Virus record (IMG/VR): IMGVR_UViG_3300020370_000003
Location: 1 to 64,000 of that record
Reading direction: 5' to 3' (one strand)
DNA: 64,000 bases
DNA from: a virus
Positions within the stretch are counted from its first letter, which is position 1; every line of letters begins with the position of its first letter. A program made the translations under genes and the position numbers. Below are positions 8,026 to 16,608 of this stretch, one piece after another. The notes under the pieces were generated by a model, which saw nothing but the letters and a program-made list of their open reading frames with translations, had not been told where the DNA came from and made no database searches.

Positions 8026-10278
8026 TTATTGAGCAACTTCACTGAATGCAACACCAGTACGTGTAGCAACGAATGTTAGAGTAATGTAGTTGATTGTGCG
8101 TGTTGGCTTCACGAAGATTTCTGCGTAGAACTCACCACGATCTATAGCCTCAGCTGGGTTGTTATCACCATCACACTTGATTAGGAAGTCGGTTACACCA
8201 CGACGACCTTGAACATCACGCATGTAAGGTTCAACAATGTTGAGGAATAATGCTCTTTGTGACTCATCGTTTTGCTCGAAGAGTTGTGACTTAGCAGCAC
8301 CAGAGATAACTCTCTCGATTGTAAGGAATAAACGACGAACGTTTATTCTATCGAATGCGGAAGCATATGATAGAGCAGTCTTATCACCATATAGAACTAC
8401 ACCCTGTCCTGGGAAGGAAACTATTGGGTTAATTCTGTTGGCATAAAGTGTATCTCTCTGTGTCTTGTTAGGTGTAAATGCAAGTTTGATTGCATTTCTT
8501 AGAACACCACGTTGGAAACCAGCTGGTGAGAACCAAGGTTCTGCAGTCTCAGTTGTTTGTAAACATAAACCAGCAACGTCACCGTTACATGGAACGTAAC
8601 GATAAAGATCATTGTACTTATCATAGATGTACTTATAACCTGAATCGAATACAACGTAAGAAGAACTTGGTAATAGTTTGAAGAATCCTTCAATGTTCTC
8701 TGTTTGTTGTTGTGAAGAACTTACACCAACAACATTTGCTCTACGTGGAGAAACAAATAATAGGCAGTCACGACGCTCTTCAACAATACTTGTTAGAGCA
8801 GTTACTTTAGCCTTAGCAGTTCCATCATCAACACCAGAAGGACCAGTAAGAATGTAATCAACGGTCTGTGACTCTGGGTCAGAGATTAATTGATATGCAC
8901 TCTCAACATCTGTACTTGATACACTGTACTCACCACTAGAAATAGAGTAGTTAGCACCATCAGTAAGTCTATAGTAGAATGTTGCGTTATTCTTAGAACC
9001 GATTGTGAAAGAACCACCTGGGAAATCAGTAGTACCAGCAGATGAACGTAGTAGGTTAAATTGACGACCTACACCACTTAATCCCCAGTTACCATCTGAA
9101 GAAGTACCTGTTGCAGAGAACAGTCCAGTCTCATGGTTACCCCAGAAGATGTATTGTGAACGTTGCTTAATTACAGTCTTGTAGTAGTTAGTCTCACCAA
9201 CAGAAGTCTTAGCATCAGATGCTTTAGACATTCCAACGAAACGCTCAAGAACAGCACCAGCAGTTCCAGTTAGTCCACCATCAACATCAACTACAACAGC
9301 GTGTAGTTCGTCACGGAATCCACCTTGACCAGCAATTGATTGTGAAGTTCCAGGACGTGGAGCAACATTAATCCACTTAACACCAGGAAGATACTCACGC
9401 TCGTTATACTCAACACGAACTGAAGTAATAGTTACGTTAGTAGAGTTTGTGTCAGCAACAACATCAGAACCAGCAAAATCAATGCTGTCCTTATTGAGTG
9501 CTACGTATAGTTGACGCTCAATACCACCTGTTGTGATAACAGCAGTATTAGTACCAGCAGTAATTGTTTGACCATCAGCGATTATACCAGTAACACCACC
9601 ACTAGGAAGTCCTATTTCTAATTTTTTATTATTTGAATCCCAAGCAAGAACATCAACTCCCTCTTGTGAACCACCAATATTAATTGTAGTAGTAGCACCA
9701 GGAGTGAATGTACCAACAATAGTATCAACAGTTAAGAGTATACTGTACTTGAATACTTTACCAGCAGCACCTGAAGTTGCAGAAAGTGCAGCATCAGCAA
9801 CAAACTCATGCTCGTTACCTGAACCAGGAGCTGGTAGTACAGCAATCTGATCAGCACCAGAGTCTGTTATGAATATACCAATTGAATTACCTTTATGTCC
9901 TGGAGTTCTAGCTGCCCACTTCCAGTTATTATTTGAATCTTCATAAGATGCTTCGTAACCATCCTGATTTGCTATCAAAGGAGCAGTACCACTATCAACA
10001 CCATTTTTTAATGCAGTTGAGTTAACCCTAATTGTTTTTAAAATACCACCGTAAGATAAAAACTGTGAAGCAGTATACCAATACTCATAGTTAGAATCAT
10101 TTGGTTTACCAAACTTCTCTACAAGATCTCTTTCGGATGTTACTGTGACCACTTCCTCAACAGGTCCGAGTTCAAACGGTGCAGCTAATACACCCAAGTT
10201 TGCTGTTGATAAGCTGGTAATAGTTGTCAGGTCTCTCTCCTGTACTACTACACCTGGCGATAATTGATTGGCTGCCAT
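8026..10278 (-). CDS. g18: Tail sheath protein gp18
   Basis: SPGVVVQERDLT, FGKP, PWFSPAGFQRG, RINVRRLF, FVKPTRTINYITLTFVATRTGVAFSE. Confidence 0.98.
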   Translation of the reverse strand: MAANQLSPGVVVQERDLTTITSLSTANLGVLAAPFELGPVEEVVTVTSERDLVEKFGKPNDSNYEYWYTASQFLSYGGILKTIRVNSTALKNGVDSGTAPLIANQDGYEASYEDSNNNWKWAARTPGHKGNSIGIFITDSGADQIAVLPAPGSGNEHEFVADAALSATSGAAGKVFKYSILLTVDTIVGTFTPGATTTINIGGSQEGVDVLAWDSNNKKLEIGLPSGGVTGIIADGQTITAGTNTAVITTGGIERQLYVALNKDSIDFAGSDVVADTNSTNVTITSVRVEYNEREYLPGVKWINVAPRPGTSQSIAGQGGFRDELHAVVVDVDGGLTGTAGAVLERFVGMSKASDAKTSVGETNYYKTVIKQRSQYIFWGNHETGLFSATGTSSDGNWGLSGVGRQFNLLRSSAGTTDFPGGSFTIGSKNNATFYYRLTDGANYSISSGEYSVSSTDVESAYQLISDPESQTVDYILTGPSGVDDGTAKAKVTALTSIVEERRDCLLFVSPRRANVVGVSSSQQQTENIEGFFKLLPSSSYVVFDSGYKYIYDKYNDLYRYVPCNGDVAGLCLQTTETAEPWFSPAGFQRGVLRNAIKLAFTPNKTQRDTLYANRINPIVSFPGQGVVLYGDKTALSYASAFDRINVRRLFLTIERVISGAAKSQLFEQNDESQRALFLNIVEPYMRDVQGRRGVTDFLIKCDGDNNPAEAIDRGEFYAEIFVKPTRTINYITLTFVATRTGVAFSEVAQ

Positions 10279-10321
10279 GTTTATAAACTCCTAGAATATC
10301 CCGTGGACGGTTAACTAAGAT

Positions 10322-10329
10322 TATTTATA
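10322..10329 (-). promoter_or_regulatory. T4-type late promoter upstream of g18
   Basis: Exact TATAAATA. Confidence 0.8.
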
Positions 10330-10340
10330 TTTTTGAATAC

Positions 10341-11993
10341 TCACCTGAAGTCTAACATATGCTGCACATCACCATATTCCGCAAGTTCCCATCTCTCTCC
10401 TTGTGCATCTATTATATGATCATCTTCTAATCCATCATTAACAAATCCAAATGGAGCCATATCCTGTTCAATAGAATCTCTTTGGTCATCATATATTCTT
10501 TGTCTTACATCATTATCATGCATCTCTTTAAAGTATTCTTGCATAGCCATCCATGCAAACATTACTAAACACATGGCAAGATCATCATGACATCCATCTT
10601 CCGCTTGGAATGAATTACCCTTTTGAATAAAAGTTGTTAATTCCGCAATCGTATCATAATCTTGTATGATTAATTTATCATCTTCTATTAATGCTTTAAG
10701 ATTGGAACACCCTACTTGTTTAACAGCAGTACTCATCTTAACACCAAGTTGTGTCTTCTTACCTGAGAACCCTTGTCCTAATTGTTGACCTGCTCTTCCT
10801 CTCATAGCAGCCATCAATAAGTTCTCATACTCTAAATCAAATTGAATTATATCTGCAACCTGACCTCCTATATCATTTACTTCACATAAAATATATGCAT
10901 TATTAAAATTCTTAGCAACATCTACAATGATATTAGGAAATATAATAGGTTTAATTTCATTGTTTTTATATCTTCCTACCATTTTATATGGTAATGTAGT
11001 TGTATCCATGATACAAAATGCAGAGTAATCTCCACCAATACCACGAGATACATCAACAGTTAGAATATAATTATGATCTTCAACTACTTGTTCATAAATT
11101 GCTAAACCCCTATTTTGTAGTATAGGATCTTCATACGGCATAATCCTCAACTTACTTGCAGAAATTAAAGTATCAACTGAACCTAAGAACTCACATTCAA
11201 ACTCAACTTTGAACTGTCCTTCAGATGTATTTTTAATAGTTTGTTCCTTCCACACTTCATCCCTACCAGGAACTTGAGACCAATGAACTTCTGTAGGAAC
11301 ATATTCATTTGCTTTACGTTCAGCATCATGCCACAACTTATAGAACATATTCATTCCATGAGGAGTGGAGATAATTATTACCTTTGTTTTCTTACCAGAA
11401 GATATAGTAGGATATACGGAACTAAAGAATTGCTCTGCGATATGGTTCGGGACAAAGGCGAATTCGTCGAGAAATATAATGTTAAACGACATACCTCTAA
11501 CAGCACTTGCTGATGTAGAAGCAGCCAAAATTTTACTCCCATTTTCTAACTCCAAACTACCTTTGTTCCATCCTAGTATACCTTGTTGTAACCATTTTGG
11601 TAAGTTCTCATATGATAATTGTAACCTACCTAACATCTCACGAGCAGTTGCTGCTTTGTTAGCAAGAATTGCTACGTTAACATTATCATTAAAGAGTACA
11701 TACCATAACAGATATGCAGTAACAATAGTTGACTTACCAGACTGACGAGGAAGTTTTGCTATATTAAATCTGTGATCATGGAACTTCTGTACCATGTCTT
11801 CCTGAAAGTCATACATGGTAAATGGTATGATACCTTCATCAAGAGAAACAATCTTAATATACTCTCTTATAAAGTATACTGGATCTCGACCACACTTTAA
11901 AAATTCAGCAATCTCTTTCTTAGAAAACTCCTGTTCTACATTTGCTTTCTTAAGATTGGGATTACCTAGATAAATTTCCTGTTGTTTGCTCAT
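10341..11993 (-). CDS. g17: Terminase large subunit gp17
   Basis: YLGNPNLK, Walker A PRQSGKST, Walker B IIFLDEFAF, ISTPHG, nuclease DVSRG and HDDLAM; no intein-sized insertion. Confidence 0.98.
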   Translation of the reverse strand: MSKQQEIYLGNPNLKKANVEQEFSKKEIAEFLKCGRDPVYFIREYIKIVSLDEGIIPFTMYDFQEDMVQKFHDHRFNIAKLPRQSGKSTIVTAYLLWYVLFNDNVNVAILANKAATAREMLGRLQLSYENLPKWLQQGILGWNKGSLELENGSKILAASTSASAVRGMSFNIIFLDEFAFVPNHIAEQFFSSVYPTISSGKKTKVIIISTPHGMNMFYKLWHDAERKANEYVPTEVHWSQVPGRDEVWKEQTIKNTSEGQFKVEFECEFLGSVDTLISASKLRIMPYEDPILQNRGLAIYEQVVEDHNYILTVDVSRGIGGDYSAFCIMDTTTLPYKMVGRYKNNEIKPIIFPNIIVDVAKNFNNAYILCEVNDIGGQVADIIQFDLEYENLLMAAMRGRAGQQLGQGFSGKKTQLGVKMSTAVKQVGCSNLKALIEDDKLIIQDYDTIAELTTFIQKGNSFQAEDGCHDDLAMCLVMFAWMAMQEYFKEMHDNDVRQRIYDDQRDSIEQDMAPFGFVNDGLEDDHIIDAQGERWELAEYGDVQHMLDFR

Positions 11994-12171
11994 ATTCCTC
12001 TGTTGGTATAGACCACTCTATTAATATACGTCTGCCTGTTTTACCATGCAAATCAATATACTTTTGATCAAGACTCGACCAGTGTCCCAAACGTTCTCCT
12101 AATTTCACGTAAAGTTTCAAAATCTTTCTGTTTAGTACCGCCATCATATGCCCAAGCATAACCTTCCTCAA
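11962..12171 (-). CDS. Possible small hypothetical protein; true start uncertain and probably shorter
   Basis: Fills the gap between the nuclease and g17 but overlaps both. Confidence 0.3.
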   Translation of the reverse strand: MRKVMLGHMMAVLNRKILKLYVKLGERLGHWSSLDQKYIDLHGKTGRRILIEWSIPTEEYEQTTGNLSR

Positions 12172-12532
12172 TCATTTGTTCATTTAGTGAAATAGTAGCA
12201 TCGCCAATGTAGAGCCAACCAAGAAGCCTACCATACTTCCCAACGCCACCCTTAAGTTCTGTTCTAATAAGGAGTTCTTCATCACCTTTAATAGTCTCAG
12301 TAAGTTTTGCCTTTAACCAATTAGTAGCATCTATTCCCAATGCCTTCTCTTCAAGGTCTCTTGTTCTCTTCTCTGGTGTATCAACGCCTGCAATTCTAAC
12401 TCTTTCTTTCTTGTATAGATCAAAACCGAGGTCAATAGTAACATCGATAGTGTCACCATCAAGAACCTTGTCTATCTTCGTCACTCGGAAATTGTAACAA
12501 CTCTTCCGTGACGGTGGTATCATCGCTCCCAT
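12068..12532 (-). CDS. Thermonuclease (SNase-like) endonuclease; start likely MGAM at 12532
   Basis: KVLDGDTIDV, RVRIAGVDTPE, GKYGRLLG, LNEQMIEEGYA: staphylococcal-nuclease motifs; usual upstream of g17 in cyanomyoviruses. Confidence 0.88.
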   Translation of the reverse strand: MGAMIPPSRKSCYNFRVTKIDKVLDGDTIDVTIDLGFDLYKKERVRIAGVDTPEKRTRDLEEKALGIDATNWLKAKLTETIKGDEELLIRTELKGGVGKYGRLLGWLYIGDATISLNEQMIEEGYAWAYDGGTKQKDFETLREIRRTFGTLVES

Positions 12533-12635
12533 TTGGCCAAAATTCATCGTACTTAAATATGTAGTAGATTACGATGCATACTCCTACAAGAAGAATAGCA
12601 ATCATTATATTAACTGAATGTACTACTTCACCCAT
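12459..12635 (-). CDS. Small single-pass membrane protein (58 aa), absent from the ORF track
   Basis: Manual translation MGEVVHSVNIMIAILLVGVCIVIYYIFKYDEFWPNGSDDTTVTEELLQFPSDEDRQGS*; fills the 12547-12623 gap. Confidence 0.55.
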   Translation of the reverse strand: MGEVVHSVNIMIAILLVGVCIVIYYIFKYDEFWPNGSDDTTVTEELLQFPSDEDRQGS

Positions 12636-13306
12636 ACAAAGGTCTCATCATAGGCAGACATAAGATTATCTATATTATTTTTTTCTCTAAACTCAGCGAC
12701 TGCCTCTCTAACCATTGGAGAGAAGTAATCATGTCCAGAAAATAATCCACCCTTCTTAACCTTTGGATACCACACATCAAGATCTTGTACTGCCTGTTCC
12801 TTTGTTAGATAAGCATCTAAAAATATAAAATCTAATGATTCATCTTCAATCTTTTCAGCTGCAGAATTACTATCCATTTCTAAGAACCTAATCTTATCTT
12901 TAAGTTCTGGTGCAATATGATTCAAACGATGAAAACAATATAGTTTAACAAACTCTATATCCTTTTCATCAAATTGCATAGTAGGTAAATCTTTATTTGT
13001 AGTAGATGCATTCATATAATCATCAAATGGTTTATATGCATCAACACCATATAGCGTTTTAATATTTGGACAATTAAAAAGCATGGTCAGAAAAGAGTCT
13101 CCTCGTAAAACACCGAGTTCGAGACCTACTAAATCTGTACCATGCAAATTAATTACAGGAACCATAGACCTTATGTCGGCTCCTAATGCACCAGTATAAT
13201 TATAATAAGGTTCAGCTTTTCTCCCATCTTCTCTGAGATGTTTTGGAAAACCAATTGGATATGAATCTGCTATATCTGTAGCTGCAGCTACATCAACCCA
13301 AGCCAT
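12623..13306 (-). CDS. Class I SAM-dependent methyltransferase (Methyltransf_24-like)
   Basis: GLELGVLRGDS motif I, LYGVD, LDFIFLDA, DLDVWYPKVKKGGLFSGHDY. Confidence 0.85.
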   Translation of the reverse strand: MAWVDVAAATDIADSYPIGFPKHLREDGRKAEPYYNYTGALGADIRSMVPVINLHGTDLVGLELGVLRGDSFLTMLFNCPNIKTLYGVDAYKPFDDYMNASTTNKDLPTMQFDEKDIEFVKLYCFHRLNHIAPELKDKIRFLEMDSNSAAEKIEDESLDFIFLDAYLTKEQAVQDLDVWYPKVKKGGLFSGHDYFSPMVREAVAEFREKNNIDNLMSAYDETFVWVK

Positions 13307-13331
13307 AATTTAATAATCTAATTAATGTTAT

Positions 13332-13517
13332 TTAGAAATTTTTAGGATGTGTTACTACATCACCATGTATCTCACCGATATCATCTATGTGAGCATGATC
13401 GATTTTATCAATCTCATCTATGTGAGCATGGTCAATAGAAAGATGTAAATCATTACTTTCTAAAAGTTGTGCGATCCTATCCAAAGCATCTGCAATTCTT
13501 GCAAGATTCTTTTCCAT
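13332..13517 (-). CDS. Small His/Asp-rich protein with tandem IDHAHID repeats (61 aa)
   Basis: N-terminal heptad helix followed by IDHAHIDEI-DK-IDHAHIDDI-GEIH; has its own sigma70-type promoter. Confidence 0.7.
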   Translation of the reverse strand: MEKNLARIADALDRIAQLLESNDLHLSIDHAHIDEIDKIDHAHIDDIGEIHGDVVTHPKNF

Positions 13518-13538
13518 AATGTTTTTGTATTTGTACTT

Positions 13539-13567
13539 ATTATATCACGCCCATGCTTCGGATGCAA
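13539..13567 (-). promoter_or_regulatory. sigma70-type promoter TTGCAT-N17-TATAAT
   Basis: Near-consensus -35, exact 17-nt spacer and perfect -10, 21 nt upstream of the ATG at 13517. Confidence 0.7.
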
Positions 13568-13658
13568 GTCTAACTGACAATCCCAGGGACACTCCCATAA
13601 CTGTCAGTCTACTCATCCACCACATGATTTCGTGCTTATGCTTGTTTATTCTACTCAT
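13545..13658 (-). CDS. Small hydrophobic protein (37 aa), absent from the ORF track
   Basis: Manual translation MSRINKHKHEIMWWMSRLTVMGVSLGLSVRLASEAWA*; begins 2 nt after the upstream stop. Confidence 0.6.
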   Translation of the reverse strand: MSRINKHKHEIMWWMSRLTVMGVSLGLSVRLASEAWA

Positions 13659-13660
13659 GA

Positions 13661-13870
13661 TTAATGCCCCATAGGGATACCAGCTGCCATAAGACTAGAC
13701 ATGGCATTTACTTCTGCGTTGATGCACGAATCAACAAAATGAGGATGCTCCTTTAAAAAGGGAACATCCTCCTGTGCGTCTTTAATTGCTTCATACGAGT
13801 CTGTAGCGTACTCGCAGATCTCGTGTCTATGTAGTTCTGTGTCGTGATAACCGACAACGTAGTGGGACAT
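13661..13870 (-). CDS. Small His-rich protein resembling picocyanobacterial conserved hypotheticals (69 aa)
   Basis: MSHYVVGYHD...HRHEICEYA.DSYEA...EDVPFLKEHPH; GGAG upstream; own promoter. The host-like assignment is from recall only. Confidence 0.7.
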   Translation of the reverse strand: MSHYVVGYHDTELHRHEICEYATDSYEAIKDAQEDVPFLKEHPHFVDSCINAEVNAMSSLMAAGIPMGH

Positions 13871-13901
13871 GAACTTTCAACTCCACTGTATATGTTGATA
13901 C

Positions 13902-13915
13902 TATTTATTATAGCA
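13902..13915 (-). promoter_or_regulatory. Composite promoter: extended -10 TGCTATAAT overlapping late-type ATAAATA
   Basis: Minus strand TGCTATAATAAATA about 30 nt upstream of the ATG at 13870. Confidence 0.6.
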
Positions 13916-13945
13916 TATAAGTAGAAATACGCATTAAGTTAGGGT

Positions 13946-14617
13946 TCACTTATAATGATATGATGCTTTGTTAGTCTTTCCCAATTTACCACTTCTTACC
14001 TTAGTACCTGAAGTCTCACCATCTCCTTTAGGGTGTTTACCTGCAGCAGACTTTCCTAAGTTAATTGACTTTCCAGGTTTCTTAGATTGAGTATCGTGCA
14101 ACCTTGCTGGTTTCTTTTTGTCTTTTGTGATGACTGATTCTTGACCATGCTTTCTGCCAAGACGACGCATTGTTTTACCAAACCTACGTTTTGACATCTT
14201 ATCAGGTTTGGAAGTTTGGTAAGAGACTTCTCTACCAGTACCTTCCTTTCCGTCATCACTCTTGTACTTGTATTCACCAACACCTTTCTTATACCCTATA
14301 CCTTTCTTCTTTAGATCTTTCTCAAGACCTTTTCTCTTCTCACGATTCTTTTTCTCATCACCACCACGGTCAGCAGAGATATTACCAGTAACCTTAGTCT
14401 TAGACTTGGTTAACATTCTGGTTGTTGGATTGCCCTCAACTATGTTGATAAAATCTTTATAGTACATAACCTTTAATTGTGCTTCTTGTGCTAACTTATT
14501 TGCCGTAGCATACATGACTTCCTTGTCACGTTTCCCATATAGTTTCTTAAAGCGATGAGCACTTTTGTTCTTCATCCCTCTAACTATACGTTCTGCTTCT
14601 TGATTAACGGCTGGCAT
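13946..14617 (-). CDS. Highly basic hypothetical protein (223 aa), possible internal head protein
   Basis: Very Lys/Arg-rich; ISADRG...LEKDLKKKGIGY...GEY...EVSY...LGRKHGQESVI pattern. Confidence 0.75.
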   Translation of the reverse strand: MPAVNQEAERIVRGMKNKSAHRFKKLYGKRDKEVMYATANKLAQEAQLKVMYYKDFINIVEGNPTTRMLTKSKTKVTGNISADRGGDEKKNREKRKGLEKDLKKKGIGYKKGVGEYKYKSDDGKEGTGREVSYQTSKPDKMSKRRFGKTMRRLGRKHGQESVITKDKKKPARLHDTQSKKPGKSINLGKSAAGKHPKGDGETSGTKVRSGKLGKTNKASYHYK

Positions 14618-14618
14618 C

Positions 14619-15152
14619 TTAGCCTCCGACTACTTGTACTTCTTCTACTATAACTGCACTAGTTGCTGCAGTAATTTTAACAGCACGTTGAATTTTTGCT
14701 TTTCTACCTGATGACCAGGTGTAAGTAGAAGTAGCAGATGAATCAATATCTGTACTCAACATACCTAAACCATTATCAGCAGTTATCTTTTTACCAGCAG
14801 TACCAGCAGATAAGAAAGCAGCATTGATAGCAGTATCTGTTCCATCATCAACTACTGCAATATAATCTCCTACAGAAAATGGATGATTACTAGATGTATC
14901 TTGAACGTGTTCACCAACATAATAATCGGTAGTTGCATCAGCAGTACCCTTTACGATATTTGCTGTACCTGGCTTACCACCTTTGATAAGAACAAATTCA
15001 TTTTGTACTAGAGTTATTGCGGGTCCACCATTGAATGAAACTGTGGCAGCACCTGCTGTAGAACCAACTCTATAATATCCTGTTTGTACTGTTTGATATT
15101 CAGAAGCACCAGCAGCTACTGAATTAGTACTTAATACATTAAGAACTGTCAT
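14619..15152 (-). CDS. Putative virion structural protein (177 aa, Thr/Gly/Ala-rich beta protein)
   Basis: Preceded by TATAAATA; contains an NHPFSVGDYIAV segment like the beta repeats of the baseplate proteins. Confidence 0.7.
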   Translation of the reverse strand: MTVLNVLSTNSVAAGASEYQTVQTGYYRVGSTAGAATVSFNGGPAITLVQNEFVLIKGGKPGTANIVKGTADATTDYYVGEHVQDTSSNHPFSVGDYIAVVDDGTDTAINAAFLSAGTAGKKITADNGLGMLSTDIDSSATSTYTWSSGRKAKIQRAVKITAATSAVIVEEVQVVGG

Positions 15153-15160
15153 TGTCGTGT

Positions 15161-15574
15161 CTATGTAGATTCACCTTTATTTATATTCTTCAACATCTTT
15201 TGGAGATCTGCAGTACTCCCAACAAACATAGCATTAGTAACATTTGTCGGACCTCTCTTTTCTTCCTTATCCAATTCTTTCATCTTACCTTGGAGATCTA
15301 TTAATTTATCTGTTACATCTCCGACTGCTTTAATTGTTGTTGCAGCAACTTCATAAGCACGAGGATGATCTGAAGCTCGTGCCACATCAAGTATACCATC
15401 TACTGCCTCCTGTCCTTTCATTACTAGATTATGTAGTTGAGCACGAGAAATCTCATAGTCCTGTTGTATATCAGGAGCCTCAGATTTCTTTGTGAGTGCT
15501 TTAGTTTCCTCTACATGCTTTTCAAGATCTGATGGTTCATCACCAAATGCTTTTGAAAGTCCATCAAAACTCAT
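15161..15574 (-). CDS. g16: Terminase small subunit gp16
   Basis: DYEISRAQLHNL, GQEAVDGILDVA, HPRAYEV, NAMFVGSTADLQKML. Confidence 0.93.
   Translation of the reverse strand: MSFDGLSKAFGDEPSDLEKHVEETKALTKKSEAPDIQQDYEISRAQLHNLVMKGQEAVDGILDVARASDHPRAYEVAATTIKAVGDVTDKLIDLQGKMKELDKEEKRGPTNVTNAMFVGSTADLQKMLKNINKGEST
15178..15185 (-). promoter_or_regulatory. T4-type late promoter inside the 3' end of g16
   Basis: Exact TATAAATA about 25 nt upstream of the ATG at 15152. Confidence 0.7.
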
Positions 15575-15576
15575 AA

Positions 15577-16608
15577 TTAAATTGCCTCATCTTGACCACT
15601 AATAGGATTACGTTTCTTATTATCTGTGTATTCAGAATACAACTCACCAAATCCAAAGTCATCACTAGAATCTAGTAGTGCTGCATCATCTTCATCTATC
15701 TTCAGAATAGCTGAACCGTTTGCATGTCCAACAATCGTTGAACCATTCCATCCTCTGCTGACATGAAGTGTGCTACCAACAACTCTGTTGATATGCATTA
15801 CCTCAGTTCCAATCTGAATATCATCTCCTTGTGCAAGAGATGATACACTAGCAACGGATATAATTCCATCATTAATGTCCATTGCAGCAGTAAGAGTAGT
15901 AAGTCCTACTCCATCCTGATCTGTTAATGCTGTAGGAGTAACAGTATATCTGCGTTCTCTTGGTGCTGTAGTTGTATTGACAGAACTGTAAGTATCTGTA
16001 ATAGCCTTCTTGATAACCTTGCTGTCTGTAATAGGACCGTATAGATAAGTCTTTGCAGTAAATGTTAGAGTGTATATAATTGCTCTACGTTGTGCGAAAT
16101 CTCCTTCGTAGTCATCCTCATAATCAATGTTCTGTAAAACTATAGGAACATCTTTTGTTTCTCCTATTGTTGTTTGTAATTTAACTGAGAGATTATAATG
16201 AGGTTGAAAGTACGGAAGAATCTGTTCAATGATCTGTAATCCGTCATCTTGATTTTTTGATATAATTGCTAATTCAAACCCAATATTATAAGGAACTGGC
16301 ATGAAAGCATTCTTATTTTCATTTACGTCCTTTTTAAATTTAATCTTCTGTGTTGGTGATACCTTTCTAGTAGGATCATATCCTACACTATTAATTTCAA
16401 ATGAAAGTCTAGGTAAAGTTATTTGAACCCTTTTGTTGGTAGGGTCTGGATTTTGATCTAACCTTGCTAAAAATTTCTGCTTTGGACCATATGCCAAAGG
16501 CACTTTCATCACTTCATCTGAGCGACGAATTTCAATATTATTAAACAACGTTCCGAAAGCCACAATGGTTTTCCGAAATATTTCATTGTATGCGTAAGTT
16601 CCTAACAT
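15577..16608 (-). CDS. g15: Tail sheath stabilizer / completion protein gp15 with an extra C-terminal beta domain
   Basis: FGTLFNNI, KVPLAYGPKQKFLARL, ITLPRLSFE, PVPYNI, QIIEQILPYFQP. Confidence 0.95.
   Translation of the reverse strand: MLGTYAYNEIFRKTIVAFGTLFNNIEIRRSDEVMKVPLAYGPKQKFLARLDQNPDPTNKRVQITLPRLSFEINSVGYDPTRKVSPTQKIKFKKDVNENKNAFMPVPYNIGFELAIISKNQDDGLQIIEQILPYFQPHYNLSVKLQTTIGETKDVPIVLQNIDYEDDYEGDFAQRRAIIYTLTFTAKTYLYGPITDSKVIKKAITDTYSSVNTTTAPRERRYTVTPTALTDQDGVGLTTLTAAMDINDGIISVASVSSLAQGDDIQIGTEVMHINRVVGSTLHVSRGWNGSTIVGHANGSAILKIDEDDAALLDSSDDFGFGELYSEYTDNKKRNPISGQDEAI

Noticed and set aside
10341-11993. Intein or intron in terminase, portal or capsid genes
   Set aside because: Lengths are normal, frames are continuous, and no splicing or homing-endonuclease motifs are seen.
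12623-13306. Methyltransferase as a CpcM-like Asn methylase for the phycobiliprotein-like domains (D2 has NA at the GGNAY-equivalent position)
   Set aside because: The motifs fit Methyltransf_24 rather than CpcM, and only one domain has the Asn; too speculative.
11994-15160. petE, ptoX, cpeT, zwf or gnd, which often occur in the g15-g18 variable region
   Set aside because: No ORF here shows their motifs; they may be elsewhere in the genome.
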